From positions 3,333,943-3,397,942 of the forward strand of contig CM082595.2 of NCBI GenBank assembly GCA_040954595.2: a DNA stretch of 64,000 nt. Direction: 5' to 3'. Positions 21,364 to 33,100 of the stretch are shown piece by piece. How positions within the stretch are numbered: position 1 is the stretch's first letter; every line of letters starts with the position of its first letter. The position numbers and the translations under genes are program-made. Below the pieces are notes generated by a model. It was given only the letters and a program-made list of their open reading frames with translations. It was not told where the DNA came from and made no database searches. The DNA comes from Balanoglossus misakiensis. Lineage: Eukaryota; Animalia; Hemichordata.

Positions 21364-24300
21364 TGTGTGATGTGGTGTGGTGTGGTGTGGTGTGGTGTGT
21401 GTGGTGTGGTGTGGTGTGGTGTGGTGTGGTGTGTGTGGTGTGGTGTGTGTGGTGTGTGTGGTGTGGTGTGGTGTGGTGTGGTGTGGTGTGTGTGGTGTGG
21501 TGTGGTGTGGTGTGGTGTGGTGTGGTGTGGTGTGTGTGGTGTGGTGTGTGTGGTGTGGTGTGTGTGGTGTGGTGTGTGTGGTGTGGTGTGGTGTGGTGTG
21601 TGTGGTGTGTGTGGTGTGGTGTGTGTGGTGTGGTGTGGTGTGGTGTGGTGTGGTGTGGTGTGGTGTGTGTGGTGTGGTGTGGTGTGGTGTGTGTGGTGTG
21701 GTGTGGTGTGTGTGGTGTGTGGTGTGGTGTGTGTGTGTGGTGTGGTGTGGTGTGGTGTGGTGTGGTGTGGTGTGGTGTGGTGTGGTGTGGTGTGGTGTGG
21801 TGTGGTGTGGTGTGGTGTGGTGTGTGTGGTGTGGTGTGGTGTGGTGTGGTGTGTGTGGTGTGTGTGTGTGGTGTGTGTGGTGTGGTGTGTGTGGTGTGGT
21901 GTGTGTGGTGTGTGTGGTGTGGTGTGTGTGGTGTGGTGTGTGTGGTGTGGTGTGGTGTGGTGTGTGTGGTGTGGTGTGTGTGGTGTGGTGTGTGTGGTGT
22001 GGTGTGTGTGTGTGGTGTGGTGTGGTGTGGTGTGGTGTGGTGTGTGTGGTGTGGTGTGGTGTGGTGTGTGTGGTGTGGTGTGGTGTGGTGTGTGTGGTGT
22101 GTGGTGTGGTGTGGTGTGGTGTGGTGTGTGTGGTGTGGTGTGTGTGGTGTGGTGTGTGTGGTGTGTGGTGTGGTGTGTGTGGTGTGGTGTGGTGTGGTGT
22201 GTGTGGTGTGTGTGGTGTGGTGTGGTGTGGTGTGGTGTGGTGTGTGTGGTGTGTGTGGTGTGGTGTGTGTGGTGTGGTGTGTGTGGTGTGGTGTGTGTGG
22301 TGTGTGTGGTGTGGTGTGTGTGGTGTGGTGTGGTGTGGTGTGTGTGGTGTGTGTGGTGTGGTGTGGTGTGTGTGGTGTGGTGTGGTGTGGTGTGGTGTGG
22401 TGTGGTGTGTGTGGTGTGGTGTGGTGTGGTGTGTGTGGTGTGGTGTGTGTGGTGTGGTGTGGTGTGGTGTGGTGTGGTGTGGTGTGGTGTGGTGTGTGTG
22501 GTGTGGTGTGGTGTGGTGTGGTGTGGTGTGGTGTGGTGTGTGTGGTGTGGTGTGGTGTGGTGTGGTGTGGTGTGGTGTGTGTGGTGTGGTGTGGTGTGGT
22601 GTGGTGTGGTGTGGTGTGGTGTGGTGTGGTGTGGTGTGTGTGGTGTGGTGTGTGTGGTGTGTGTGGTGTGGTGTGGTGTGGTGTGTGTGGTGTGGTGTGT
22701 GTGGTGTGGTGTGGTGTGTGTGGTGTGGTGTGGTGTGGTGTGGTGTGTGTGGTGTGTGTGTGTGGTGTGGTGTGGTGTGGTGTGGTGTGGTGTGGTGTGG
22801 TGTGTGTGGTGTGGTGTGTGTGGTGTGGTGTGGTGTGGTGTGGTGTGGTGTGGTGTGGTGTGGTGTGTGTGGTGTGGTGTGGTGTGGTGTGTGTGGTGTG
22901 GTGTGTGTGTGGTGTGGTGTGTGTGGTGTGGTGTGGTGTGTGTGGTGTGGTGTGGTGTGTGTGGTGTGGTGTGGTGTGGTGTGGTGTGTGTGGTGTGGTG
23001 TGGTGTGGTGTGGTGTGGTGTGGTGTGTGTGGTGTGGTGTGTGTGGTGTGGTGTGTGTGGTGTGGTGTGTGTGGTGTGGTGTGTGTGGTGTGTGTGGTGT
23101 GGTGTGGTGTGGTGTGGTGTGGTGTGGTGTGTGGTGTGGTGTGGTGTGTTGTGTGTGGTGTGGTGTGGTGTGGTGTGGTGTGGTGTGTGTGGTGTGGTGT
23201 GTGTGGTGTGGTGTGGTGTGGTGTGGTGTGGTGTGTGTGGTGTGGTGTGGTGTGGTGTGGTGTGTGTGGTGTGGTGTGTGTGGTGTGGTGTGGTGTGGTG
23301 TGTGTGGTGTGTGTGGTGTGGTGTGTGTGGTGTGTGTGGTGTGGTGTGTGTGGTGTGGTGTGGTGTGTGTGGTGTGGTGTGTGTGGTGTGGTGTGGTGTG
23401 GTGTGGTGTGTGTGGTGTGGTGTGGTGTGGTGTGGTGTGGTGTGGTGTGGTGTGGTGTGGTGTGTGTGGTGTGGTGTGGTGTGGTGTGGTGGGTGTGGTG
23501 TGGTGTGTGTGGTGTGGTGTGGTGTGGTGTGTGTGGTGTGGTGTGTGTGGTGTGGTGTGTGTGGTGTGGTGTGGTGTGGTGTGGTGTGGTGTGGTGTGGT
23601 GTGGTGTGGTGTGGTGTGGTGTGTGTGGTGTGGTGTTGTGTGGTGTGGTGTGGTGTGTGTGGTGTGGTGTGGTGTGTGTGGTGTGGTGTGTGTGGTGTGG
23701 TGTGTGTGGTGTGGTGTGTGTGGTGTGGTGTGTGTGGTGTGGTGTGTGTGGTGTGGTGTGTGTGGTGTGGTGTGTGTGGTGTGGTGTGGTGTGGTGTGGT
23801 GTGGTGTGGTGTGTGTGGTGTGTGTGGTGTGGTGTGTGTGGTGTGGTGTGGTGTGTGTGGTGTGGTGTGGTGTGGTGTGTGTGGTGTGGTGTGTGTGGTG
23901 TGTGTGGTGTGGTGTGGTGTGGTGTGTGTGTGTGTGGTGTGGTGTGTTTGGTGTGGTGTGTGTGGTGTGGTGTGGTGTGGTGTGGTGTGGTGTGTGTGGT
24001 GTGGTGTGTGTGGTGTGTGTGGTGTGGTGTGGTGTGGTGTGGTGTGGTGTGTGTTGTGTGGTGTGTGTGGTGTGGTGTGGTGTGGTGTGGTGTGGTGTGG
24101 TGTGGTGTGTGTGGTGTGGTGTGTGTGGTGTGGTGTGTGTGGTGTGGTGTGGTGTGTGTGGTGTGGTGTGGTGTGGTGTGGTGTGGTGTGGTGTGTGTGG
24201 TGTGGTGTGTGTGGTGTGGTGTGGTGTGGTGTGGTGTGGTGTGGTGTGGTGTGTGTGGTGTGTGTGGTGTGGTGTGTGGTGTGTGTGTGGTGTGGTGTGG

Positions 24301-25147
24301 TGTGGTGTGGTGTGGTGTGGTGTGGTGTGGTGTGTGTGGTGTGGTGTGTGTGGTGTGGTGTGTGTGGTGTGGTGTGGTGTGGTGTGGTGTGGTGTGGTGT
24401 GTGTGGTGTGGTGTGTGTGGTGTGGTGTGTGTGGTGTGGTGTGTGTGGTGTGGTGTGTGGTGTGGTGTGGTGTGGTGTGGTGTGGTGTGGTGTGGTGTGT
24501 GTGGTGTGGTGTGTGTGGTGTGGTGTGTGTGGTGTGGTGTGGTGTGGTGTGGTGTGGTGTGGTGTGTGTGGTGTGTGTGGTGTGGTGTGGTGTGGTGTGT
24601 GTGGTGTGGTGTGTGTGGTGTGGTGTGTGTGGTGTGGTGTGGTGTGGTGTGTGTGGTGTGGTGTGTGTGGTGTGGTGTGTGTGGTGTGGTGTGGTGTGGT
24701 GTGTGTGGTGTGATGTGTGTGGTGTGGTGTGTGTGGTGTGGTGTGGTGTGGTGTGTGTGGTGTGTGTGGTGTGGTGTGTGTGGTGTGGTGTGGTGTGGTG
24801 TGTGTGGTGTGGTGTGTGTGGTGTGGTGTGGTGTGGTGTGGTGTGGTGTGGTGTGGTGTGGTGTGGTGTGGTGTGGTGTGGTGTGTGTGGTGTGGTGTGG
24901 TGTGGTGTGGTGTGGTGTGTGTGGTGTGGTGTGTGTGGTGTGGTGTGTGTGGTGTGGTGTGGTGTGTGTGGTGTGGTGTGTGTGGTGTGGTGTGGTGTGG
25001 TGTGGTGTGGTGTGGTGTGTGTGGTGTGGTGTGTGTGGTGTGGTGTGTGTGGTGTGGTGTGTGTGGTGTGGTGTGGTGTGGTGTGGTGTGTGTGGTGTGG
25101 TGTGGTGTGTGTGGTGTGGTGTGTGTGGTGTGGTGTGGTGTGGTGTG
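21364..25147. repeat. About 3.8 kb (GTGTG)n / (CACAC)n pentanucleotide satellite with interspersed 9-mer variants
   Basis: Near-pure G/T array. The six 1100-1350 aa ORFs across it are stop-free artefacts. Confidence 0.98.
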
Positions 25148-27175
25148 CTTTGCTCTGCTCTGGACACACACTCTGTTAAGTCATCTTGAAAAGTTTTGGC
25201 GATGTAAAGCGCAATTTCACTTAAATTTAAATCCGATAGAACAGCGTACATGTACTTCTGTCCGCGATCTTATCAAGCCAACCGACCTTGCATGATGTTC
25301 TTAAAGTACATGTTGTAAACAGCAATAACCCTCTTTTGTACTTTTTCCATAAAAGAATGGCCTATTTTCTGCTTCAGGGGATTTCTATAAGCTATTTATT
25401 TTCAGATCATTCAATCAATCAATGCAATTTAGGTCGCCAAGGAGTGATGGTATGAAAGGAGTTTTCTATGGCTAGACAGTGCTTTACATAAGGCAAGGTC
25501 ACGAGAGTATGGTGACCCGCTAAGTCCGAGGTTTGCGCGAAACTAATTCTTTTATCCATATGTCCGACAAAAGTTTGGTCTTGTGTTAAAATGATCTCTG
25601 TGTACTGAGTTAGTCTTAAATCCGGCATACGAATTTTCGTATTTCTTTGCCATTAACTTAGAAATCAGTAAGGTGTGAAATGTGAAATATGATTTCGTAC
25701 GCAAAAATATGATTGATGAAAAGAGATTTTTTTTATAATGTGTTGCGAGATCATATGTGTTGAAAGTGATGACGTACCTGTTTTGAAAATCAAAATAAAT
25801 AGAGCGATCTTTGGAAAATATCTGTTGGTGTTTACACGATTATCAGAATAACACTTCGCTTATCAATTTACGTAGCAACGTTAAGGCACGGGTGTCTTTG
25901 ATGTAGGTGTCCTCCCGTCAGCGGCTGAAATATGCGTCTGTGGTCGTCTGTGTTTTTTTGGCGCGAATCCAAAGACTTTACCCACAGACCCTAGCCCCAG
26001 GGTCTATGTTTCAACTCTGAAAAGCCAGTGACATTGACCATTGCCATGCTGGCCATATTAAGGTGAACTCCCCCGACGTTTAATATACGATGTGCCTCGT
26101 TCTGAAATACTAGTATGTTCCCCGGGCGCGTGCTAACTTCATAGTGCGCGAGATTCCGCCTTCACGACATTGGAATGGGGCCTGCCATCACTTGACCAGA
26201 AACGAGATAATTATCTGTCTTATCTCCAGACTGAAAGGGCCCAGTGCGAAAACTCGCATGTGATCTGCGGCCAATTCTTGAATCTCTCGAATAGACCAAG
26301 GGCGACAATAACGGGAAAACACAATGACGTGACTGTTACCTTGGAGACCAGTTTATTTGGCCTTTGTAAATACAATTTATATTGCAATCTTGAAAGTTGA
26401 ACTGATTAGATTCACATTATCTGAAGAAGTAAAGACAATTCGTGACACCAGACAAAAGGTCGTGCGCGTGGTCCTTTGAAACCACAGTATCTGCCGTGTA
26501 AAACAGCGCACAGTTTTCGATCCAAGTTCACCCGCGCAGCAGGGAATTATGAGGTCCAACAATGTTGTAGATGTTCAGGATTTCATCTTGTCGTTGGGTC
26601 CTGCTCGGGCAATAACCCGTATTGGGGTCACCTCTGACTGGGTCACCATAACAAGGGCAATAACCCAGAGCGCCCTCTCAAATTTGAATTTAGCGCAGTG
26701 GGGCCGTGCTCGTGCAGGCAGCTGAGCCCCAGGCAAAAACTTACGTCCTTGCCAAAGTCGTACAAGTCAAGTCATTTTGTAAAAAGTGCATAAATTCTGT
26801 ATCGATATAACATTATTGAAGTTCCAGTGCTTATTGTAAATGAGTGCCGTGACGAGTATACAAAATGTAATTTCACAAATCAGTGCATGAAACAGTCTCT
26901 TTCCTTGATAAAGGATGAAGTTCAATTCGTACATCTGGTGCCGCCAGGTAGTCAGTCACTGTGCCCACTGCCTGCACTCTCTGCTGATGTCGAAGGTGCA
27001 TTTGTTGATTGTTTCAATTTTGGTGATCCGGGTGGACCCCCGCCCCTCTAGATGGTGACTTGGGTTCTTCTTTCAGGCCCTATCGTAGAAGTCGATGCTT
27101 TCCAGGCCAAAGGTTGCGTCAGACCAGTCAGGAGAAGGGGCAGGTCCCAGCCAGATGTTCATTTTGTTTCCTGGG

Positions 27176-30100
27176 TCAATTGCGTCTTTTCTGTATGTCT
27201 TTCAGCAAATCTCCTCTTCCCGCAGATGGTGGTTTTGATTCTGTTTTGGTTGCTTCGGAAAGATCTGGAGGTGGAGGGGCTTTGCCACTAGGAGGGGGAG
27301 GGGCTCCCCCGCCGGATTTTCCTGTTGTTTTTGTTTGTTTACTGTCTTTTTTGCTTGTGGGTGCCTTTCCAGAAGAACCTCCCTCAGAAATAGTAGGCTC
27401 GGTCCGTTTTTTCTGTATGTCCTTTAGCAAATCTCCCCTTCCTGCAGATTGTGGTTTCGATTCTGTTTTGGTTGCTTCGGAAAGATCTGGAGGTGGAGGG
27501 GCTTTGCCACTAGGAGGGGGAGGGGCTCCCCCGCCGGTTTTTCCTGTTGTTTTCGTTTGTTTACTGTCTTGTTTGCTTGTTGATGCCTTTCCAGAAGAAC
27601 CTCCCTCAGAAATAGTAGACTCGGTCCGTTTTTTCTGTATGTCCTTTAGCAAATCTCCCCTTCCTGCAGATTGTGGTTTCGATTCTGTTTTGGTTGCTTC
27701 GGAAAGATCTGGAGGTGGAGGGGCTTTGCCTTTTGGAGGAGGAGGGGCTCCCCCGCTGGATTTTCCTGTTGTTTTCGTTTGTTTACTGTCTTGTTTGCTT
27801 GTGGGTGCCTTACCAGAAGAACCTCCCTCAGAAATAGTAGGCTCGGTCCGTTTTTTCTGTATGTCCTTTAGCAAATCTCCCCTTCCTGCAGATTGTGGTT
27901 TCGATTCTGTTTTGGTTGCTTCGGAAAGATCTGGAGGTGGAGGGGCTTTGCCTTTTGGAGGAGGAGGGGCTCCCCCGCTGGATTTTCCTGTTGTTTTCGT
28001 TTGTTTACTGTCTTGTTTGCTTGTGGGTGCCTTGCCAGAAGAACCTCCCTCAGAAATAGTAGGCTCGGTCCGTTTTTTCTGTATGTCCTTTAGCAAATCT
28101 CCCCTTCCTGCAGATTGTGGTTTCGATTCTGTTTTGGTTGCTTCGGAAAGATCTGGAGGTGGAGGGGCTTTGCCACTAGGAGGGGGAGGGGCTCCCCCGC
28201 CGGTTTTTCCTGTTGTTTTCGTTTGTTTACTGTCTTTTGTGCTTGTTGATGCCTTTCCAGAAGAACCTCCCTCAGAAATAGTAGGCTCGGTCCGTTTTTT
28301 CTGTATGTCCTTTAGCAAATCTCCCCTTCCTGCAGATTGTGGTTTCGTTTCTGTTTTGGTTGCTTCGGAAAGATCTGGAGGTGGAGGGGCTTTGCCACTA
28401 GGAGGGGGAGGGGCTCCCCCGCCGGTTTTTCCTGTTGTTTTCGTTTGTTTACTGTCTTGTTTGCTTGTTGATGCCTTTCCAGAAGAACCTCCCTCAGAAA
28501 TAGTAGGCTCGGTCCGTTTTTTCTGTATGTCCTTTAGCAAATCTCCCCTTCCTGCAGATTGTGGTTTCGATTCTGTTTTGGTCGCTTCAGAGAGATCGGG
28601 AGGGGCAGGTGCTGGACCACTTGGAGGTGGAGGGGCTCCCCCGCTGGATTTTCCTGTTGTTTTAGTTTCTTTACTGGCCGTTGGTGCCTTAGGTTCGGTC
28701 CGTTTTTTCTGTATGTCTTGAAGTAAATCGCCTCTTCCCGAAGACTGTGGTTTTGATTCTGTTTTGGTCGCTTCAGAGAGATCGGGAGGGGCAGGTGCTG
28801 GACCACTTGGAGGTGGAGGGGCTCCCCCGCTGGATTTTCCTGTTGTTTTAGTTTCTTTACTGGCCGTTGGTGCCTTAGGTTCGGTCCGTTTTTTCTGTAT
28901 GTCTTGAAGTAAATCCCCTCTTCCTGAAGACTGTGGTTTCGATTCTGTTTTGGTTGCCTCAGAGAGATCTGGAGGGGCAGGTGCTGGACCACTTGGAGGT
29001 GGAGGGGCTCCCCCACTGGATTTTCCTGTTGTTTTAGTTTCTTTACTGGCCGTTGGTGCCTTAGGTTCGGTCCGTTTTTTCTGTATGTCTTGAAGTAAAT
29101 CGCCTCTTCCCGAAGACTGTGGTTTTGATTCTGTTTTGGTCGCTTCAGAGAGATCGGGAGGGGCAGGTGCTGGACCACTTGGAGGTGGAGGGGCTCCCCC
29201 GCTGGATTTTCCTGTTGTTTTAGTTTCTTTACTGGCCGTTGGTGCCTTAGGTTCGGTCCGTTTTTTCTGTATGTCTTGAAGTAAATCCCCTCTTCCTGAA
29301 GACTGTGGTTTCGATTCTGTTTTGGTTGCCTCAGAGAGATCTGGAGGGGCAGGTGCTGGACCACTTGGAGGTGGAGGGGCTCCCCCACTGGATTTTCCTG
29401 TTGTTTTAGTTTCTTTACTGGCCGTTGGTGCCTTAGGTTCGGTCCGTTTTTTCTGTATGTCTTGAAGTAAATCCCCTCTTCCTGAAGACTGTGGTTTCGA
29501 TTCTGTTTTGGTTGCCTCAGAGAGATCTGGAGGGGCAGGTGCTGGACCACTTGGAGGTGGAGGGGCTCCCCCACTGGATTTTCCTGTTGTTTTAGTTTCT
29601 TTACTGGCCGTTGGTGCCTTAGGTTCGGTCCGTTTTTTCTGTATGTCTTGAAGTAAATCCCCTCTACCTGCAGATTGTGGTTTTGATTCCGTTTTGGTCG
29701 CTTCAGAAAGATCGGGAGGGGCAGGTGCTGGACCACTTGGAGGTGGAGGGGCTCCCCCGCTGGATTTTCCTGGTGTTTTCGTTTCTTTACTTTTCGCCTT
29801 AGGTTCTGTCCGTCCTTTCTGTATATCTGTCAGTAGATCTCCCCTTCCAGATGGCTGTGCTTTTGGTTCAGTCTTTGTTGCATCTGAAAGATCTGGTGGT
29901 GGTGGGGCTGGACCACTTGGTGGGGGTGGGGCTGGACCACTTGATGGGGGTGGGGTTGGACCACTTGGTGCGGGTGGGGTTGGACCAGAAGGTGGCGGGA
30001 GACCTGCTTTGGTTGGTTCCGAGTCAGTCTTCGTAGCACCTGACAGGTCTGGTGGTGATGGTGCCTTGCCAGCCGGCGATGGGGGTGCGGCTGCGGGCTT

Positions 30101-33100
30101 TTTCTCTATTCCCCCGGGGGCTTTGGGTTTTCCATCAGGTAGACCAGCGTCCGGAGGGGCCATAGGGGGAGGTGGTTCACCACTTGGTGCCGAAGGTGGC
30201 GCTGTTGCTGCGGATGCCTTTTGTGGCTTGCTGATTTCTTTCGGCTGTGATTTAGTCTTTGTTTTTGGTTTACTTGCAAGAGCCGGCGGGGCAGGAGTCT
30301 TTTTGTCTTCATTTCCCACAGAAACCGGTTCTGGTGGTCCAATGTCATCTCTGTAATTTTAAGCAAGAAATACAACAAAATATTAAACTTTACCAGAGAA
30401 GTTACAGTGGTTCTACAGTATATGTAAACAAATGAAAATATAATGTAAATTTAGGAAGTTTTGTCTTTTCTATGATATTACTAGTAAAACAGTAAGTATA
30501 AATCGTGTTAATTTGCAAGTTTTGATATCCACCGCCTTGACCTCTGGTAAAGTTTTTGATGGATTACATCACACGACATTTTGTTTTTAGTCAGTATGAT
30601 TTTATTACAATTCAATCAAACTTTTAAATTAAGCCAATTACAGAACATGTGCCAAATACTTCTGTGGTCAACTTCACAGTTTAGCATCTATATCTACCAA
30701 TGGAATGGAAGCCTAGCAAAAAGCTTGGATAAACAAGAGTGTATAAAAAGGAAATTACGGTGGAGGTGGCGGCGGTGGTGGTGGGGGTGGAGGTCCGTCC
30801 CCACCAGGCGGAGGAGGCGCGTCGGCTCCAGGCGGTGGAGGGGCACTGCTGCCTGGAGGTGCCGGAGCACCCCCGGGAGGAGGAGGTGGACCTCCGCCCG
30901 GGGGTGGAGGCGCATCTGGGGGAGGAGGCGCGTTAGGCGGAGGTGGTGCATCCGGGGGAGGGGGTGCCGCTGGTGCCGCAGGGGCGTCTGGTGGTGGGGG
31001 TGGTGCTTCTGCTGCCGGTGCTGCTGCCGGTGGGGGCGCAGGCTCAGGAGCAGGTGCGGGTGCAGATGCTTGTGATATGTAAGATTCCACTGAATAACTT
31101 GGACTTGGAGCCTTCGCTGGCTTCTTCTTTTTGTCAGATCCACCTTTCTTTTTCTCTGGTTCTTTCTTTTTGGGTTTGTCATCTTTCTTTTTGTCCTTTT
31201 TCGGCGCCTTCTTCTCTTTCTCTTTCTCCTTTTTCTCTTTCTCTTTCTTCGCCTTTTCTTTTTCCTTCTTTTCTTTTTCCTTCTTTTCCCGTTCCTTCTT
31301 CTCTTTCTCTCTTTTGGCTTTCTCCTTTGCTGCTTTCTGTTTGTCTTTATTTGGTTTCTTCTTCACTGGCTCTTCCTCTTCTGAATCGGATGCGATGGAC
31401 CCCTCCTCTTCATCTCCGTGTCTGGATCCAGTTCTGGAACTGTGTAGAGGGAATGTGATGTGATCAGAAATTTGACTGTGAATGATTTCATTCTGATAAG
31501 AAGTGCTACATTCTCCATATGTCGCATTTCCGATATTTCCCTGATGATCAAAGATTGATATTTATAATCATAAGCACTTAGTTGATACTTACCCCAGACA
31601 TTGCCGTATGGATATCCCCATGGCGACAGTCAGGAGAATGACAGGCAGTGAGACAGGGGCTACTATTGATAAGATGGGCAACTCTTCTGTGAATATAAGA
31701 TTAGAGGTGGATATTGTAATCTGTGGGAATTCAGCCACTGTTACCATGGAAATTTGGCATATAAATTTTGACTTTGGTGACCACACGAAGCTGCTGTTGT
31801 CCCTTTGATATTGTTTTGGATGTGTTAAAGTTTTCTTTTGTGAGATCAACTATGTATCATGTTTACATTGCTCTGCTAGCTTACAAACAAGGTACAAGGT
31901 ATGCAAATTGTGGACAATGAAAGAATGTACTGATTTGTGAATCTTACCATTTCCGTAGAGTTTCTTTGGATCAAATGGTGTCATGTTTACTGAAAAAAAT
32001 AGAAAGCGGATCGTGAATGATTCCGGAAGTGGACATTTCCTTATTTCTGTGCATGTTTAACTGTTTTCATTCAAAGTCTGAGCGGTTATATTTTATGACT
32101 TGTCATGGTAGATATTCCTTACCTTTTAAAAGGATCACATTTGTAATAACTGTTGTGTGTCCACGAGTCACTTCACAGGCGTAAATTCCACTGTCTTCAG
32201 GTTTTGTCGACAGAATCTCTAAATCTCCGTAGTTGATCAGTTTCCTGTTACCTGAAATTACAAATACATGGTTATAACAGTTATGTATGTATCTAGCTAT
32301 ATATCTGTCTGTGTCCCTCTCTGTATTTCTCTCTCTCTCGCTATCTATATATCCCAAATGTTTTCACTACCAACCTTCGATTGAAAACAACTCGTCGTTC
32401 TTCAACCAGTGGACGCTGGCGTCCTCGTATTTCTTCATGTACCAGTCAACCAAGCAATGCATCTTAGCCCCCATGCCGTGACCCACGTGCAGCTCATGTA
32501 ACAATGTACCATCTGTAAAATTAAAATTTCTCGAGATATTAGCTGATAGTGGCCAGTCCAGGGACTTTCCTAAACTGGTCGTTATAGACAGGTGGCCTTG
32601 TCAATTGGTGTTCATGTAAATTGTAAGGGGTCTGCAACAAATTGGCCAATAGGTGGCCACAGTGGCCTATAGAGGTGACCACAAACACAGGTTTGACTAT
32701 ATTGATATCTTACCGACACATAGGCTTTCGGTGAAGCAGTTGTCGGCGGCTATGGCGTCGCCTGGACAGTTGTGTACCCCCGTCGTCTGGTCCATTCCTA
32801 GTCTGCACGTCCTTTCACGTGTCACGACCCCCTGTCCACACGTCACTGAACACTTGGACCAAGAACTCCAGGCATCCCAGCCGCCTGATTCTGGATTTTT
32901 GTAAGGAAAGGAAATTGTTTAATTATCACCTGATGGAAAGACACTTGTTGCATGTCGGGGTAGTTATTGGAAAAAAGAACAAAACTTGTATTGAGCATTG
33001 CCAGTGTATCCGGTGGTAAAACTTAAAGGCAAAGGTTGCAAAATATTTTATTAATATCAAAATCGGTGGATATTACTAGAAAGATGTCTCGTGCTTTGTA

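Noticed and set aside
21217-25295. Six >1100-aa ORFs (His/Thr/Pro-rich or Val/Trp/Cys/Gly-rich)
   Set aside because: They are translations of a G/T-only satellite that lacks stop codons in all frames. There is no independent coding evidence.
27060-29736. Antisense ORF 27060-28721 (+) and alternate-frame ORF 28534-29736 (-)
   Set aside because: Shadow ORFs created by tandem repetition of a stop-free unit.
27190-29850. 14 GRGD sequences read as integrin-binding RGD motifs
   Set aside because: They lie C-terminal to the TM in the spliced model (cytoplasmic) and form the start of a WH2-like helix. They would matter only if the topology or exon join is wrong.
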